Source of the DNA: Christensenella sp. UBA6094
GTDB lineage: Bacteria > Bacillota > Clostridia > Christensenellales > UBA6094
Assembly: GCA_002435915.1 (NCBI GenBank)
Contig: DIWY01000001.1
Span: 324,060-388,059, forward strand
Direction of reading: 5' to 3'
Length of the DNA: 64,000 bases
Each line of letters begins with the position of its first letter. Positions within the stretch are counted from its first letter, which is position 1. Both the position numbers and the translations under genes were made by a program. Positions 25,885 to 34,776 of this stretch are shown piece after piece. The notes below the pieces were generated by a model, which saw only the letters and a list, made by a program, of their open reading frames with translations, did not search any database and was not told the DNA's origin.

Positions 25885-26802
25885 ATGGATAAAATTGATC
25901 AGGTAGTTTCTGAGGTTAGAAATTTTAGTAGGTTCTATACAAATATTATTGGTCTGTTAAATCAAAATATACTGGATAGCCCATATTCTCTTGCAGAAGC
26001 TCGCATCCTTTTAGAAATTAAGAAAACTAAAGATTGCACTGCAAATGTTTTAGTAGATAAACTTGATATTGACAGAGGGTACATGAGCAGAATACTTGCT
26101 AGCTTTGAAACAAGAGGACTAATAACAAGACAAAATTCGATAGAAGATGGCCGTAAACTATATTTGCATCTAACACAAAAAGGACGACAAGAGTCAGATA
26201 TTCTTGAAGAGAAATCGGACAAACAAATAGAAAACCTTATAAATCATTTATCAAATAAAGAAAAGGAGAAACTTATTATGGCGCTTAATTATGTTGAAGA
26301 TGCACTATCGTATGATGATAATGCTATAAAAATAAGAAATTATGAGGCTGAAGATGTCGCTTTTATTATTGAAAGGCATGAGGCGCTATATCAGAGCGAA
26401 TATGGGTTTACTCCAGAGTTTACTGATTATGTTAAAACGTATGTTGATAAATTTCACGAGCACCATGATGAAGAAAGAGAAAAAATATGGATTGCACAGC
26501 AAAACGGTAAGCAAGTGGGTGTGATTGCGGTAGTGAAGGCTGACGAGGATACTGCACAGTTGCGCTGGTTCCTTATTGAACCAGAGCTGCGTGGCAAAGG
26601 ACTAGGCAGAAAGCTTGTAGAAACAGCGCTAGATTTTTGTAGAGACAAAGGCTATAAACATGTGTTTCTTCTAACTTTAAACATTTTGGAAGCTGCACGC
26701 TATCTGTATAGAGGATATGGATTTAGATTGACTGAAACAACCGATAATTATGATTGGGCGAACCGCTTGATACAAGAGGAAAAGTGGCAACTGGATATAT
26801 AA
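25885..26802 (+). CDS. Fusion protein: MarR-type wHTH regulator plus C-terminal GNAT acetyltransferase
   Basis: The N-terminus (SLAEARILLEIKK...LVDKLDIDRGYMSRIL) is MarR-like. The C-terminus (WFLIEPELRGKGLGRKLV) carries the GNAT motif A. Confidence 0.8.
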   Translation: MDKIDQVVSEVRNFSRFYTNIIGLLNQNILDSPYSLAEARILLEIKKTKDCTANVLVDKLDIDRGYMSRILASFETRGLITRQNSIEDGRKLYLHLTQKGRQESDILEEKSDKQIENLINHLSNKEKEKLIMALNYVEDALSYDDNAIKIRNYEAEDVAFIIERHEALYQSEYGFTPEFTDYVKTYVDKFHEHHDEEREKIWIAQQNGKQVGVIAVVKADEDTAQLRWFLIEPELRGKGLGRKLVETALDFCRDKGYKHVFLLTLNILEAARYLYRGYGFRLTETTDNYDWANRLIQEEKWQLDI

Positions 26803-26820
26803 AGTAATATGGCTAAAAAG

Positions 26821-26853
26821 AAAAAAGGCTTATCAAATAGATAAGCCTTTTTT
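26821..26853. terminator. Bidirectional terminator
   Basis: AAAAAAGGCTTATC-AAATA-GATAAGCCTTTTTT. Confidence 0.8.
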
Positions 26854-26866
26854 AAATTTATAAAAA

Positions 26867-28201
26867 TTATATTCCTAACAAAACCCTTGCTAAGCTAAAA
26901 TAAACAAATAGTGCCAAAGCATCAACAATGGTTGTAATTAGAGGTGAAGCCATTATGGCAGGATCAACGTGGACTTTATTTGCTACTATTGGCAGTATAC
27001 CACCAACGACTTTAGCCATTATTACAGTTATTAGCATACTTAAAGATACAACTAGTGCAACAGCAGGCGTGCCCATGCCAAATAATATAATGCGAAAATA
27101 ATTTACTATTGCAAGTACAGAACCAGAAATTAAAGCTACTAAAAATTCTTTTGATATCACTTTGCCCCAATCTTTAGTTTGTATCTCGTTTAGCGCTAAA
27201 CCACGGATGATAAGTGTAGCAGATTGCGAGCCTGCGTTTCCGCCTGTGTCCATTAGCATAGGAATGAAGATGGAAAGTATTATCATTGAGGATAACACAT
27301 CTTCATATCCTTTCATGATACCACCTGTAAATGTGGCAGATATCATTAGAATCAGTAACCATAAAATTCTATGCTTGGCGAGCTCAAATATGCTTGTTTT
27401 CAGATAAGGTTTTTCGGATGGCGTTATAGCTGCCATCTTTTCAAAATCCTCTGTTGCCTCTTGTTCAATGATGCCAAGAGCGTCATCAATAGTGATAATA
27501 CCGACTAATCTTTTTTCACTATCAACAACAGGAATAGATATTAGGCCATATTTTGAGAACATATTACCTATTGTTTCTTGATCGTCTGAAGTGTTAGCAA
27601 ATATAACATTTGATTTCATTATATCGCCAATCAGCTCATCATCATTACTAAGAAGAAGCTTTCTTACGGAAACAATACCTTCAAGGTATCTGTTTTTATC
27701 CGTAACGTAACATGTGTATATTGTTTCTTTATCAACGCCAGTTTTTCTGATATGATCAAACGCCTCTGCAACCGTCATTTTTTTCCTCAAGTCTACAAAT
27801 TCGATTGTCATTACGCTGCCGGCAGTATCGTCTGCATATTGTAGGAATGTATTTATATATTTTCTTGTTTCTGGGTTAGCATTTTTGAGAACTCTTTTTA
27901 CAACGCTAGCTGGCATTTCATCAATAAAGTCGACAGTATCATCCAAGAATAGTTCGTCAAGAATGATAGCGATTTCTTTATCACTTATAGTTTCAACTAT
28001 TAATTGCTGAGTTTCTGTTGTCAGATAAGCAAATACTTCGGCTGCTTGCTCTTTTGGCATCAGCCTGAATATCTTTACGATCTGCTCTCTATCAATATTT
28101 TCAAATAATTGAGCTATATCTACTTCGTTCATGTCTATAAGTATAGCTCTCAGCTCTTTTAGAGCATTAGTGTTTACAAGATCAATGAGTCTATCCTGCA
28201 T
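26867..28201 (-). CDS. mgtE: Magnesium transporter MgtE
   Basis: MgtE N-domain, CBS pair and a TM domain with MDTGGNAGSQSATL. AAGGAGG RBS. Confidence 0.9.
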   Translation of the reverse strand: MQDRLIDLVNTNALKELRAILIDMNEVDIAQLFENIDREQIVKIFRLMPKEQAAEVFAYLTTETQQLIVETISDKEIAIILDELFLDDTVDFIDEMPASVVKRVLKNANPETRKYINTFLQYADDTAGSVMTIEFVDLRKKMTVAEAFDHIRKTGVDKETIYTCYVTDKNRYLEGIVSVRKLLLSNDDELIGDIMKSNVIFANTSDDQETIGNMFSKYGLISIPVVDSEKRLVGIITIDDALGIIEQEATEDFEKMAAITPSEKPYLKTSIFELAKHRILWLLILMISATFTGGIMKGYEDVLSSMIILSIFIPMLMDTGGNAGSQSATLIIRGLALNEIQTKDWGKVISKEFLVALISGSVLAIVNYFRIILFGMGTPAVALVVSLSMLITVIMAKVVGGILPIVANKVHVDPAIMASPLITTIVDALALFVYFSLARVLLGI

Positions 28202-28348
28202 ATTAAACCTCCTTTTTTAAGAGGAAGCAGGCACAGCAAATGAATGGCGCCTGCTAACGCTTAGTATGTGTTTATTTTGAATAAATAACCTACGTCTTCG
28301 ACTCGACGGGTCGTCCACAGTCGCCACCATCCTTTCAAATAATTAAAC

Positions 28349-28375
28349 AAAAAAACCTCGCCGCAAGCGACAAGG
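28349..28375 (-). terminator. M-box expression-platform terminator
   Basis: On the minus strand: CCTTGTC-GCTTGC-GGCGAGG followed by TTTTTTT. Confidence 0.7.
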
Positions 28376-28399
28376 ACATATACAAAATTATATATATCT

Positions 28400-28549
28400 A
28401 ACCCTGTCGTTGAGCTTTAGCATCCTACAGCGTAGATAAAATCAGCTATACTAGATAAAACCTTAATTCGGTAGTATCTGCTTACCCATTGGCGTCTTTC
28501 GACATTTCTGGGTGATAGCGTTTTCCATAGGGTAACCTCACCTAACGAG
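28400..28549 (-). ncRNA. M-box (ykoK leader) Mg2+ riboswitch aptamer upstream of mgtE
   Basis: The minus strand reads CTCGTTAGGTGAGG...CCCAGAAATGTCGAAAGACGCCAATGGGTAAGCAG...TTAAGG...GGATGCTAAAGCTCAACGA, matching the conserved M-box core blocks. Confidence 0.85.
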
Positions 28550-28730
28550 ATTATTTTATAATTAAATACTATACTCTGTGCCTAGTTTTGTAAAGGTAAT
28601 TTTAAGTTTTTTCGACAAATAAATTTCTAATAAAAGAAAAGAATAATTCCAATTTAATTGATTTATATTGCAATAAAATATAATATATAAAGGCAGGTTT
28701 ATTCTTGCTTAATAACAAATGATTTGAAGG

Positions 28731-29399
28731 GTGAATATCTTGGATTTATCTTTTCTTGCTGAAATTTTAGGATCTATTGCTTTTGCTGCATCAGGTGCTG
28801 TGCTTGGAATTAAGAGAGAGATGGATGTACTGGGTGTCTTTATACTAGCCATTGTTGTTACTATGGGTGGCGGTCTAATACGAGATGTCGTAGTTGGCAA
28901 CATGCCACCAGTAGGACTTTCTAACCCGATATATATTGAGATAGCGATACTGACTTCTGTTGTAGTAATAATAATATATAAAAGATCAACTCTCGAGTTT
29001 GCAGAAAGATTACTTTTTGGCATGAGGTTTTTTGATGCTATTGGCTTAGGAGTATTTACAGGGATAGGACTTGTAACAGGATTACAGTTTTATCCTGACA
29101 AACCGTTCTTGGCTGTTACAACAGCTGTTCTTACAGCATGTGGTGGTGGAGTAATACGTGATGTCCTTGCGATGCGTATACCATTTATATTAAAAGAAGA
29201 AGTGTATGCGCTTGCTTCAATCATAGGAGCAGTTATAGGGTATATGATATACGGATATTGTGGCGCAACTGGTACCCTATATATTTCAGCTATAATAACA
29301 ATGGCGATCCGTTTCACCTGTATGAAATATAATATATGCTTGCCAAACTTTAAAGTAACAGATGTAGAAATAGATGTAGAAACAAAAGAAGAGCCGTAA
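28731..29399 (+). CDS. TRIC / UPF0126-family cation channel-like membrane protein
   Basis: Two internal repeats each carry the glycine motif (GGGLIRDVVVG and GGGVIRDVLAM). The start is GTG 28731 or TTG 28740. Confidence 0.8.
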   Translation: MNILDLSFLAEILGSIAFAASGAVLGIKREMDVLGVFILAIVVTMGGGLIRDVVVGNMPPVGLSNPIYIEIAILTSVVVIIIYKRSTLEFAERLLFGMRFFDAIGLGVFTGIGLVTGLQFYPDKPFLAVTTAVLTACGGGVIRDVLAMRIPFILKEEVYALASIIGAVIGYMIYGYCGATGTLYISAIITMAIRFTCMKYNICLPNFKVTDVEIDVETKEEP

Positions 29400-29410
29400 G
29401 GCTCTTTTTT
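29386..29410. terminator. Bidirectional terminator overlapping the stop codon
   Basis: AGAGCC-GTAA-GGCTCT with A/T flanks. Confidence 0.75.
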
Positions 29411-29429
29411 AATATAAAAGCTTTTATAT

Positions 29430-29759
29430 TCATATAAACACAACTTGTATCAAAAACATATAAAGTAACGTTCCACCAAAGATGCTGACTAGTGAGTTTC
29501 TGAACTTAAGGTGAAGGATAACGATTGCAGCCAGGCATAAAAGCTGAGGTATTGCTAGTATTGTAGGTGGTAAAAAAGCACCTTTTAAGCAGTAAAGAAC
29601 TAGTATCGTTATAATTACAGCAGGAGCGTATTTGCCGATATAAATTACAGTATCGCTTGGCTTTTTGTTTTTAAATACTATAAAAGGAAAAGCTCTCACA
29701 AAAAAAGTTACTGCACTCATAATTATAATAGCTATGATTGCATCATTATTGCTCAACAT
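29430..29759 (-). CDS. azlD: Branched-chain amino acid transport protein AzlD
   Basis: 109-aa hydrophobic protein that overlaps the azlC stop by 14 nt, as in a classic azlCD pair. Confidence 0.75.
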   Translation of the reverse strand: MLSNNDAIIAIIIMSAVTFFVRAFPFIVFKNKKPSDTVIYIGKYAPAVIITILVLYCLKGAFLPPTILAIPQLLCLAAIVILHLKFRNSLVSIFGGTLLYMFLIQVVFI

Positions 29760-30474
29760 TTTTTTGCACCGCCTTTCTAAATACTACCGTCAGTGTAAGT
29801 GCTAATAGGATTGCGGATATTAGCATGTAGTTTTTAGGCAGTAGTATAATGCATATTAAACCCGAAAGCGCACTTATCAAAAATACAAGGTTAGGTGTTT
29901 TTGAAAGTATTTGTTCAAGTAGCATAACAGTGAACATTGCAGTTAGCGCAAAATCCATGCCTGCTGTGTTTATGGTAAGAGATGAGCCGATTATTGCGCC
30001 TATGGCAGTGCCAAATACCCAATAAAAGTGATCCAATATCGATATATAAAAATTGAATTTGTTTTCATCTACATCATCAGGAACTATGCCAGATGTGAAA
30101 AGTGCGTAAGTTTCATCAGTTAGAGAATATATCATATAAGGTTTTTTCTTGCCTTGCTTATCAAACATTTTAAACAAAGAGAGACCGTAGAACATGTGGC
30201 GTGCGTTTATTAGTAGAGTAAGTATAGCAATCTGGATAAAAGGAGCACCAACTGCAAATAATTCTACAGATATAAACTGCATAGACCCGGCATAAAGAAA
30301 TAAGCTCATGAGTATTGTAAGAAATGGGCTGTAGCCACTGCTGATCATAAGCATGCTAAAAGCGATCCCTGTTGGTATGTAGCCAAACATTACAGGAACG
30401 GTTGCCAAAAAAGCCTTTTTAAAAGTATGTTTCTTTATGGGAAGTGTAGGGTTTGTTTCGGTGTTAAGATCCAT
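29746..30474 (-). CDS. azlC: AzlC-family branched-chain amino acid exporter subunit
   Basis: 242 aa, multi-TM, AzlC-like (GIAFSMLM ... LINARHMFYGLSL). Confidence 0.85.
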   Translation of the reverse strand: MDLNTETNPTLPIKKHTFKKAFLATVPVMFGYIPTGIAFSMLMISSGYSPFLTILMSLFLYAGSMQFISVELFAVGAPFIQIAILTLLINARHMFYGLSLFKMFDKQGKKKPYMIYSLTDETYALFTSGIVPDDVDENKFNFYISILDHFYWVFGTAIGAIIGSSLTINTAGMDFALTAMFTVMLLEQILSKTPNLVFLISALSGLICIILLPKNYMLISAILLALTLTVVFRKAVQKNVEQ

Positions 30475-30498
30475 ACTAATTCTCCTTGATTTTTGGTA

Positions 30499-30524
30499 TA
30501 AAAAAAGCTGCTATAAAGCAGCTT
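30499..30524 (-). terminator. Hairpin plus T-run between tRNA-Met and azlC
   Basis: The minus strand reads AAGCTGC-TTTATA-GCAGCTT followed by TTTTTTT. Confidence 0.65.
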
Positions 30525-30530
30525 AGGAAA

Positions 30531-30607
30531 TGGTAGCGGCGAACGGATTTGAACCGCTGACACTTCGGGTATGAACCGAATGCTCTAGCCAACTGAGCTA
30601 CGCCGCC
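30531..30607 (-). tRNA. tRNA-Met (elongator type, anticodon CAT) with encoded CCA
   Basis: The reverse complement is GGCGGCGTAGCTCAGTTGGCTAGAGCATTCGGTTCATACCCGAAGTGTCAGCGGTTCAAATCCGTTCGCCGCTACCA. It folds as a cloverleaf with anticodon loop TTCATAC, resembling Bacillus elongator tRNA-Met. Confidence 0.9.
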
Positions 30608-30745
30608 AAACAATTGCAATAACAAGTATAGCATTTCAGCTTATTTTGCGCAATAGCTTTTTATGAGAAATGTAGTTATTGTATGTACAGCATTTTTGAT
30701 ATATTCTTATTGCAGTAATAATTATTAAACAAAAGAGGTGTTTTT

Positions 30746-31129
30746 ATGATAAAAGTTGGTTTGATTGGAAAAGCCGAAGGTAGCGTGAACAAAGAAAATA
30801 TAGCAGTAACAATGAAGAGCGGTTCTTTAGACGTGTTTGCAACGCCTGCACTAGTTGCATTAATGGAAGAAGCGGCTTGCGCGGCACTAAAAAACAAGCT
30901 TGAGAAAGGCATGACAACTGTTGGCATAAAAATGGATGTTCAGCATCTTGCAGCAACGCCTTTAGGCATGAAGGTCACAGCTACTGCTTCTATAATAGAA
31001 GTTGATGATAGAAAAATTATGTTTCATATAGAAGCAAGAGATGAAGTAGATCTTATAGGCAAAGCTGTTCACTCAAGATTTATTGTGAATGAAGATAAAT
31101 TCATGGCAAAAACAAATGCTAAAGGATAA
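30746..31129 (+). CDS. Hotdog-fold thioesterase family protein
   Basis: 127 aa. FATPALVALMEEAA ... VHSRFIV resembles the small thioesterase-superfamily (fluoroacetyl-CoA thioesterase-like) pattern. Confidence 0.7.
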   Translation: MIKVGLIGKAEGSVNKENIAVTMKSGSLDVFATPALVALMEEAACAALKNKLEKGMTTVGIKMDVQHLAATPLGMKVTATASIIEVDDRKIMFHIEARDEVDLIGKAVHSRFIVNEDKFMAKTNAKG

Positions 31130-31946
31130 AAATTGTGTCGATATGCATATCCATTCGACTGCCTCGGATGGAGCATTAACACCGGACGAATGTGTTAAGC
31201 AAGCTATTGCGCATGGTGTAAATAAGCTATCTATTACAGATCACGACACTGTAGCTGGTTATGGTGAGCTAATAGAAAACCATGCAGATGTAAAAATAAT
31301 ATTTGGGGTAGAACTAAGTGCAGAGCATGATACTGAGTTGCATATACTTGGCTATAATTTCGATATAACGGCTAAACCTATTTGCGATGTTTTAACTGCC
31401 ATGAAAGATGAAAGAGTGCAGAGAAATAAACGTATTATAGATAAACTAAGTAATAACGGTGTTGATATTAACTATGAAGAAATGCTGAAGAACTATAATT
31501 CAGATGTTTTTGGCAGGGTGCATATTGCAAAAGAGCTTGTAAATGGCGGATATGTAAAGGATGTCAGAGAAGCTTTTGAAAAATACTTATCAAGAGGCGG
31601 GTATGCATACTGCAAAAGAGAATTGCCAAGTAAACAAGAGTGTATTGATGCAATAACTAAAAGCGGTGGAATTGCAATTCTTGCGCACCCAATATATTTG
31701 TCCTTGCATAGAAAAGATCTTATTAAGTTTATTGATGAGCTAATTGAGCTTGGACTTTCTGGAGTAGAGGCATATCATAACGCTCAAGATGCACCATATA
31801 GTGCGTATATTGTAAACATTTGCAAAGATAGAAATATTTACTGTACAGCGGGAAGTGATACACATGGTATGGCTGGTGAAAAATATGCGCCAGTAACCAT
31901 AAAAGACGAGTATGTACTTGAATGTATAAACAAAATCTATAGATGA
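31116..31946 (+). CDS. PHP-domain phosphoesterase (TrpH/YciV-like)
   Basis: VDMHIHSTASDG ... ITDHDT ... LAHP ... GSDTHG are PHP metal-binding motifs. The start is uncertain: 31116, or the GTG at 31089. Confidence 0.8.
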   Translation: MLKDKNCVDMHIHSTASDGALTPDECVKQAIAHGVNKLSITDHDTVAGYGELIENHADVKIIFGVELSAEHDTELHILGYNFDITAKPICDVLTAMKDERVQRNKRIIDKLSNNGVDINYEEMLKNYNSDVFGRVHIAKELVNGGYVKDVREAFEKYLSRGGYAYCKRELPSKQECIDAITKSGGIAILAHPIYLSLHRKDLIKFIDELIELGLSGVEAYHNAQDAPYSAYIVNICKDRNIYCTAGSDTHGMAGEKYAPVTIKDEYVLECINKIYR

Positions 31947-32204
31947 TTGAAATTTTTAAAAAAAGTTAGTTGCCAAGTAATATTTTCAGTGGATACAGAT
32001 GTTCACATACTTTTTGAAGATGCTGATATATTTATATAAAATAGCAGATATTTTCTTAAAAGCTTAAATTAAATCCATGTAAGTTTTGAATAATGCAAAT
32101 TTTGAATAAAAATGCTGTCGATTTCATTGATATTGGAGTGGAGTCTGTGTTAAAATGAAATGTAAAAAACAAATACTGGTTGACATATATTTGGAGGTGT
32201 TTTA

Positions 32205-33188
32205 ATGCTTAGCGCAGGCCATGGCGAAATAAAGATTTTTGCTGGCAGCACAGGTAAGGCTTTTGCCCAAAAAATGTGCGACTGTCTTGGAGCAGAGTTG
32301 GGAGATTCAATCGTTATAAACTTTTCTGAGGGTAATACGTTTGTACGTATAAATGAATCAGTTAGAGATAAAGATGTGTATCTGCTATTACCAATTGGAC
32401 TTGATCCTAACAACGAATTTGTAGAATTACTTTTTTGGATGGATGCGTTTAAAAGAGCTAGCGCAGATTCCGTCACCGCAATTATACCTTATTTTGGATA
32501 CGCAAAGGGCGATAAGAAAGATGAACCACGTGTTTCGATTAGAGCGAGAGTTTGTGCAGAGTGCATAGAGCTTGCAGGAGCAGACAGAGTAGTTACGATG
32601 GATCTTCACTCGCCGCAAGTACAGGGCTTTTTCAAAAAACCTGTAGATAATCTTACTGCAATGCCAATACTTTGCAACTATGTTATAGATGAAAAGCTAT
32701 CTGAAAACTTAGTTGTTGTATCTCCGGATGCAGGCTTTGCAAAAAATGCAAGGGCATATGCCGAATATTTAAATGTTTCCGTCGCAATTGGAGATAAGAC
32801 TAGAAGTGGACACGATGAAAACGCGAAAGTACTAGAAGTAATAGGCGATGTTAATGGTAAGGATGTACTTATTGTTGATGACTTCACTATTTCAGGTGGC
32901 ACGCTTATTGATCTTGCAAGAGCACTAAAAGAAAAAGGTGCTAAACACATATACGCAGCATTATCACATATACTTTTAAACGATAAAGGTGTAGAAAAAC
33001 TAATGAATAGTGATATAGAATTGCTTATTTCAACTGACTCTATTGACAACCCACACGTAAAAAACTGTCCTAAAGTTAAAATTGTTTCAGTAGCTCCTCT
33101 TTTTTCTGAAACAATAAGGCGTGTACATAACAGAGAATCTGTTAGCCCTCTTTTTAATAATCTTAAACAAATGAAACTAGATATATAA
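32205..33188 (+). CDS. prs: Ribose-phosphate pyrophosphokinase (PRPP synthetase), somewhat divergent
   Basis: IKIFAGS, IPYFGYAKGDKK, DLHSPQVQGFF, VVSPDAG and LIVDDFTISGGT align with Prs motifs. GGAGG RBS. Confidence 0.85.
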   Translation: MLSAGHGEIKIFAGSTGKAFAQKMCDCLGAELGDSIVINFSEGNTFVRINESVRDKDVYLLLPIGLDPNNEFVELLFWMDAFKRASADSVTAIIPYFGYAKGDKKDEPRVSIRARVCAECIELAGADRVVTMDLHSPQVQGFFKKPVDNLTAMPILCNYVIDEKLSENLVVVSPDAGFAKNARAYAEYLNVSVAIGDKTRSGHDENAKVLEVIGDVNGKDVLIVDDFTISGGTLIDLARALKEKGAKHIYAALSHILLNDKGVEKLMNSDIELLISTDSIDNPHVKNCPKVKIVSVAPLFSETIRRVHNRESVSPLFNNLKQMKLDI

Positions 33189-33200
33189 TTTTACTACAAT

Positions 33201-33230
33201 AAAAGAAGCAGCCGTTTGGCTGCTTCTTTT
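33201..33230. terminator. Bidirectional terminator between prs and murC
   Basis: AAAAGAAGCAGCC-GTTT-GGCTGCTTCTTTT. Confidence 0.85.
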
Positions 33231-33241
33231 ATTTATATTTA

Positions 33242-34630
33242 CTATTCTAAAAATTTATATGTTTGCAAATCAACATCTCCAGCACCCATTGTAATCACTA
33301 GATCACCAGGTTGCCATTTTGATTTTAGATAATCTCTGATATCTTCAAAACTTTGTATGTAAACGCATGCTTTGCCATGATCGTTTGTTGCTTTAACAAT
33401 GTCTTTAGCGTGTATATCGCCAGCATCTTTTTCTCTGCCTGGATAAATATCTGGCATAACGACTTCGTCTGCCAAATCAAAAGCAGTTGCATACTTGTTT
33501 AGCAGAGTTCTTGCTCTAGAATACAGGTAGCACTGGAACACGCAATATATTTTGCCATGAGGCTGTTTATCAGCAGCACTCAATGATGCTTTAATTTCGC
33601 TTGGATGATGCGCATAGTCGTTATAAATCTTTACTCCATCTACTGTTCCGTAATATTCAAAACGACGTTTTGTCAGTCTGTAGCTACTTAATGTATTTGC
33701 GATATCTTCATATGTAACACCTAAATAGTGGGCTACACTTGAGGCAGCAAGAGAGTTTATAATGTTGTGCTCGCCAGGGATGTTCAAAACGATTTTCTGC
33801 ACGTTTTCACCATCTACACATAACATAAATGTTGCGCTTCCGTGATCATCATATGTTATATCTTTAGCGGTATACATGCCGCCGCTTAATCCATAAGAAA
33901 TAGTTTTAACTTTTGTATTGTCAATTAATTTTTCAACTAGAGGATCATCTATACAACCAAATAACACACCATCTTCTGGTAACAGAGCTACGTACTTTTC
34001 AAAAGCAGTGTAGATATAGTCTATGTTTTTAAAATAATCCAAGTGATCATCGTCAATATTATTAACGATTGCAATTGTAGGATGTAGTTTTAGAAAGCTT
34101 TCAACATATTCGCAAGCTTCGGTTACTAATACAGGGGAGTTTCCTACTTTTGTTCCTCCATCAAGGAAAGGAACTTCGCCACCAATGTGAATGGTAGGAT
34201 CCTTTTGTGCGTTGCTCAAAATAAGAGCGAGCATAGATGTAATCGTTGTTTTGCCGTGGCAACCGCTAACGCCAACAACAGTCTCGTATTGGCTTGTTAT
34301 TTGGCCAAGTAGGTTTGAACGTTCTATTGTAGGTATGCCGAGTTCTTTAGCTCTTAGCATCTCTACATTATCTTTTGGTACAGCTGCTGTATAAATAACT
34401 AAGTCAGCACCATCAACATTATCTGCACTATGTCCAATGACGACAGGTATTTCTTTTTGCACAAGTCTATCTGTATAAGATGATTTACTTCTGTCAGAAC
34501 CAGTTACTATATATCCCTTAGATCGCAGTATCATTGCAAGCCCGTTCATCGAACAGCCGCCTATGCCAATAAAATGCAATCTCTTACCTTTGTAATCGTT
34601 TATATGTATTTCATCTGCCAATGCATTCAC
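33242..34630 (-). CDS. murC: UDP-N-acetylmuramate--L-alanine ligase
   Basis: HFIGIGGCSMNGLA, GCHGKTTITSM and the overall Mur ligase layout. Confidence 0.92.
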   Translation of the reverse strand: MNALADEIHINDYKGKRLHFIGIGGCSMNGLAMILRSKGYIVTGSDRSKSSYTDRLVQKEIPVVIGHSADNVDGADLVIYTAAVPKDNVEMLRAKELGIPTIERSNLLGQITSQYETVVGVSGCHGKTTITSMLALILSNAQKDPTIHIGGEVPFLDGGTKVGNSPVLVTEACEYVESFLKLHPTIAIVNNIDDDHLDYFKNIDYIYTAFEKYVALLPEDGVLFGCIDDPLVEKLIDNTKVKTISYGLSGGMYTAKDITYDDHGSATFMLCVDGENVQKIVLNIPGEHNIINSLAASSVAHYLGVTYEDIANTLSSYRLTKRRFEYYGTVDGVKIYNDYAHHPSEIKASLSAADKQPHGKIYCVFQCYLYSRARTLLNKYATAFDLADEVVMPDIYPGREKDAGDIHAKDIVKATNDHGKACVYIQSFEDIRDYLKSKWQPGDLVITMGAGDVDLQTYKFLE

Positions 34631-34776
34631 TCCATACGTTTCTATATATCAACCTATTATACTCACTATGCAAGATAATTATCAAGTGTGACATGAGATT
34701 TTTAAGAATATATTGTAGAATACGGACAAATAATATAAAATGATAATAAATATTTGTGATAAGAGGGTAGAATTAT

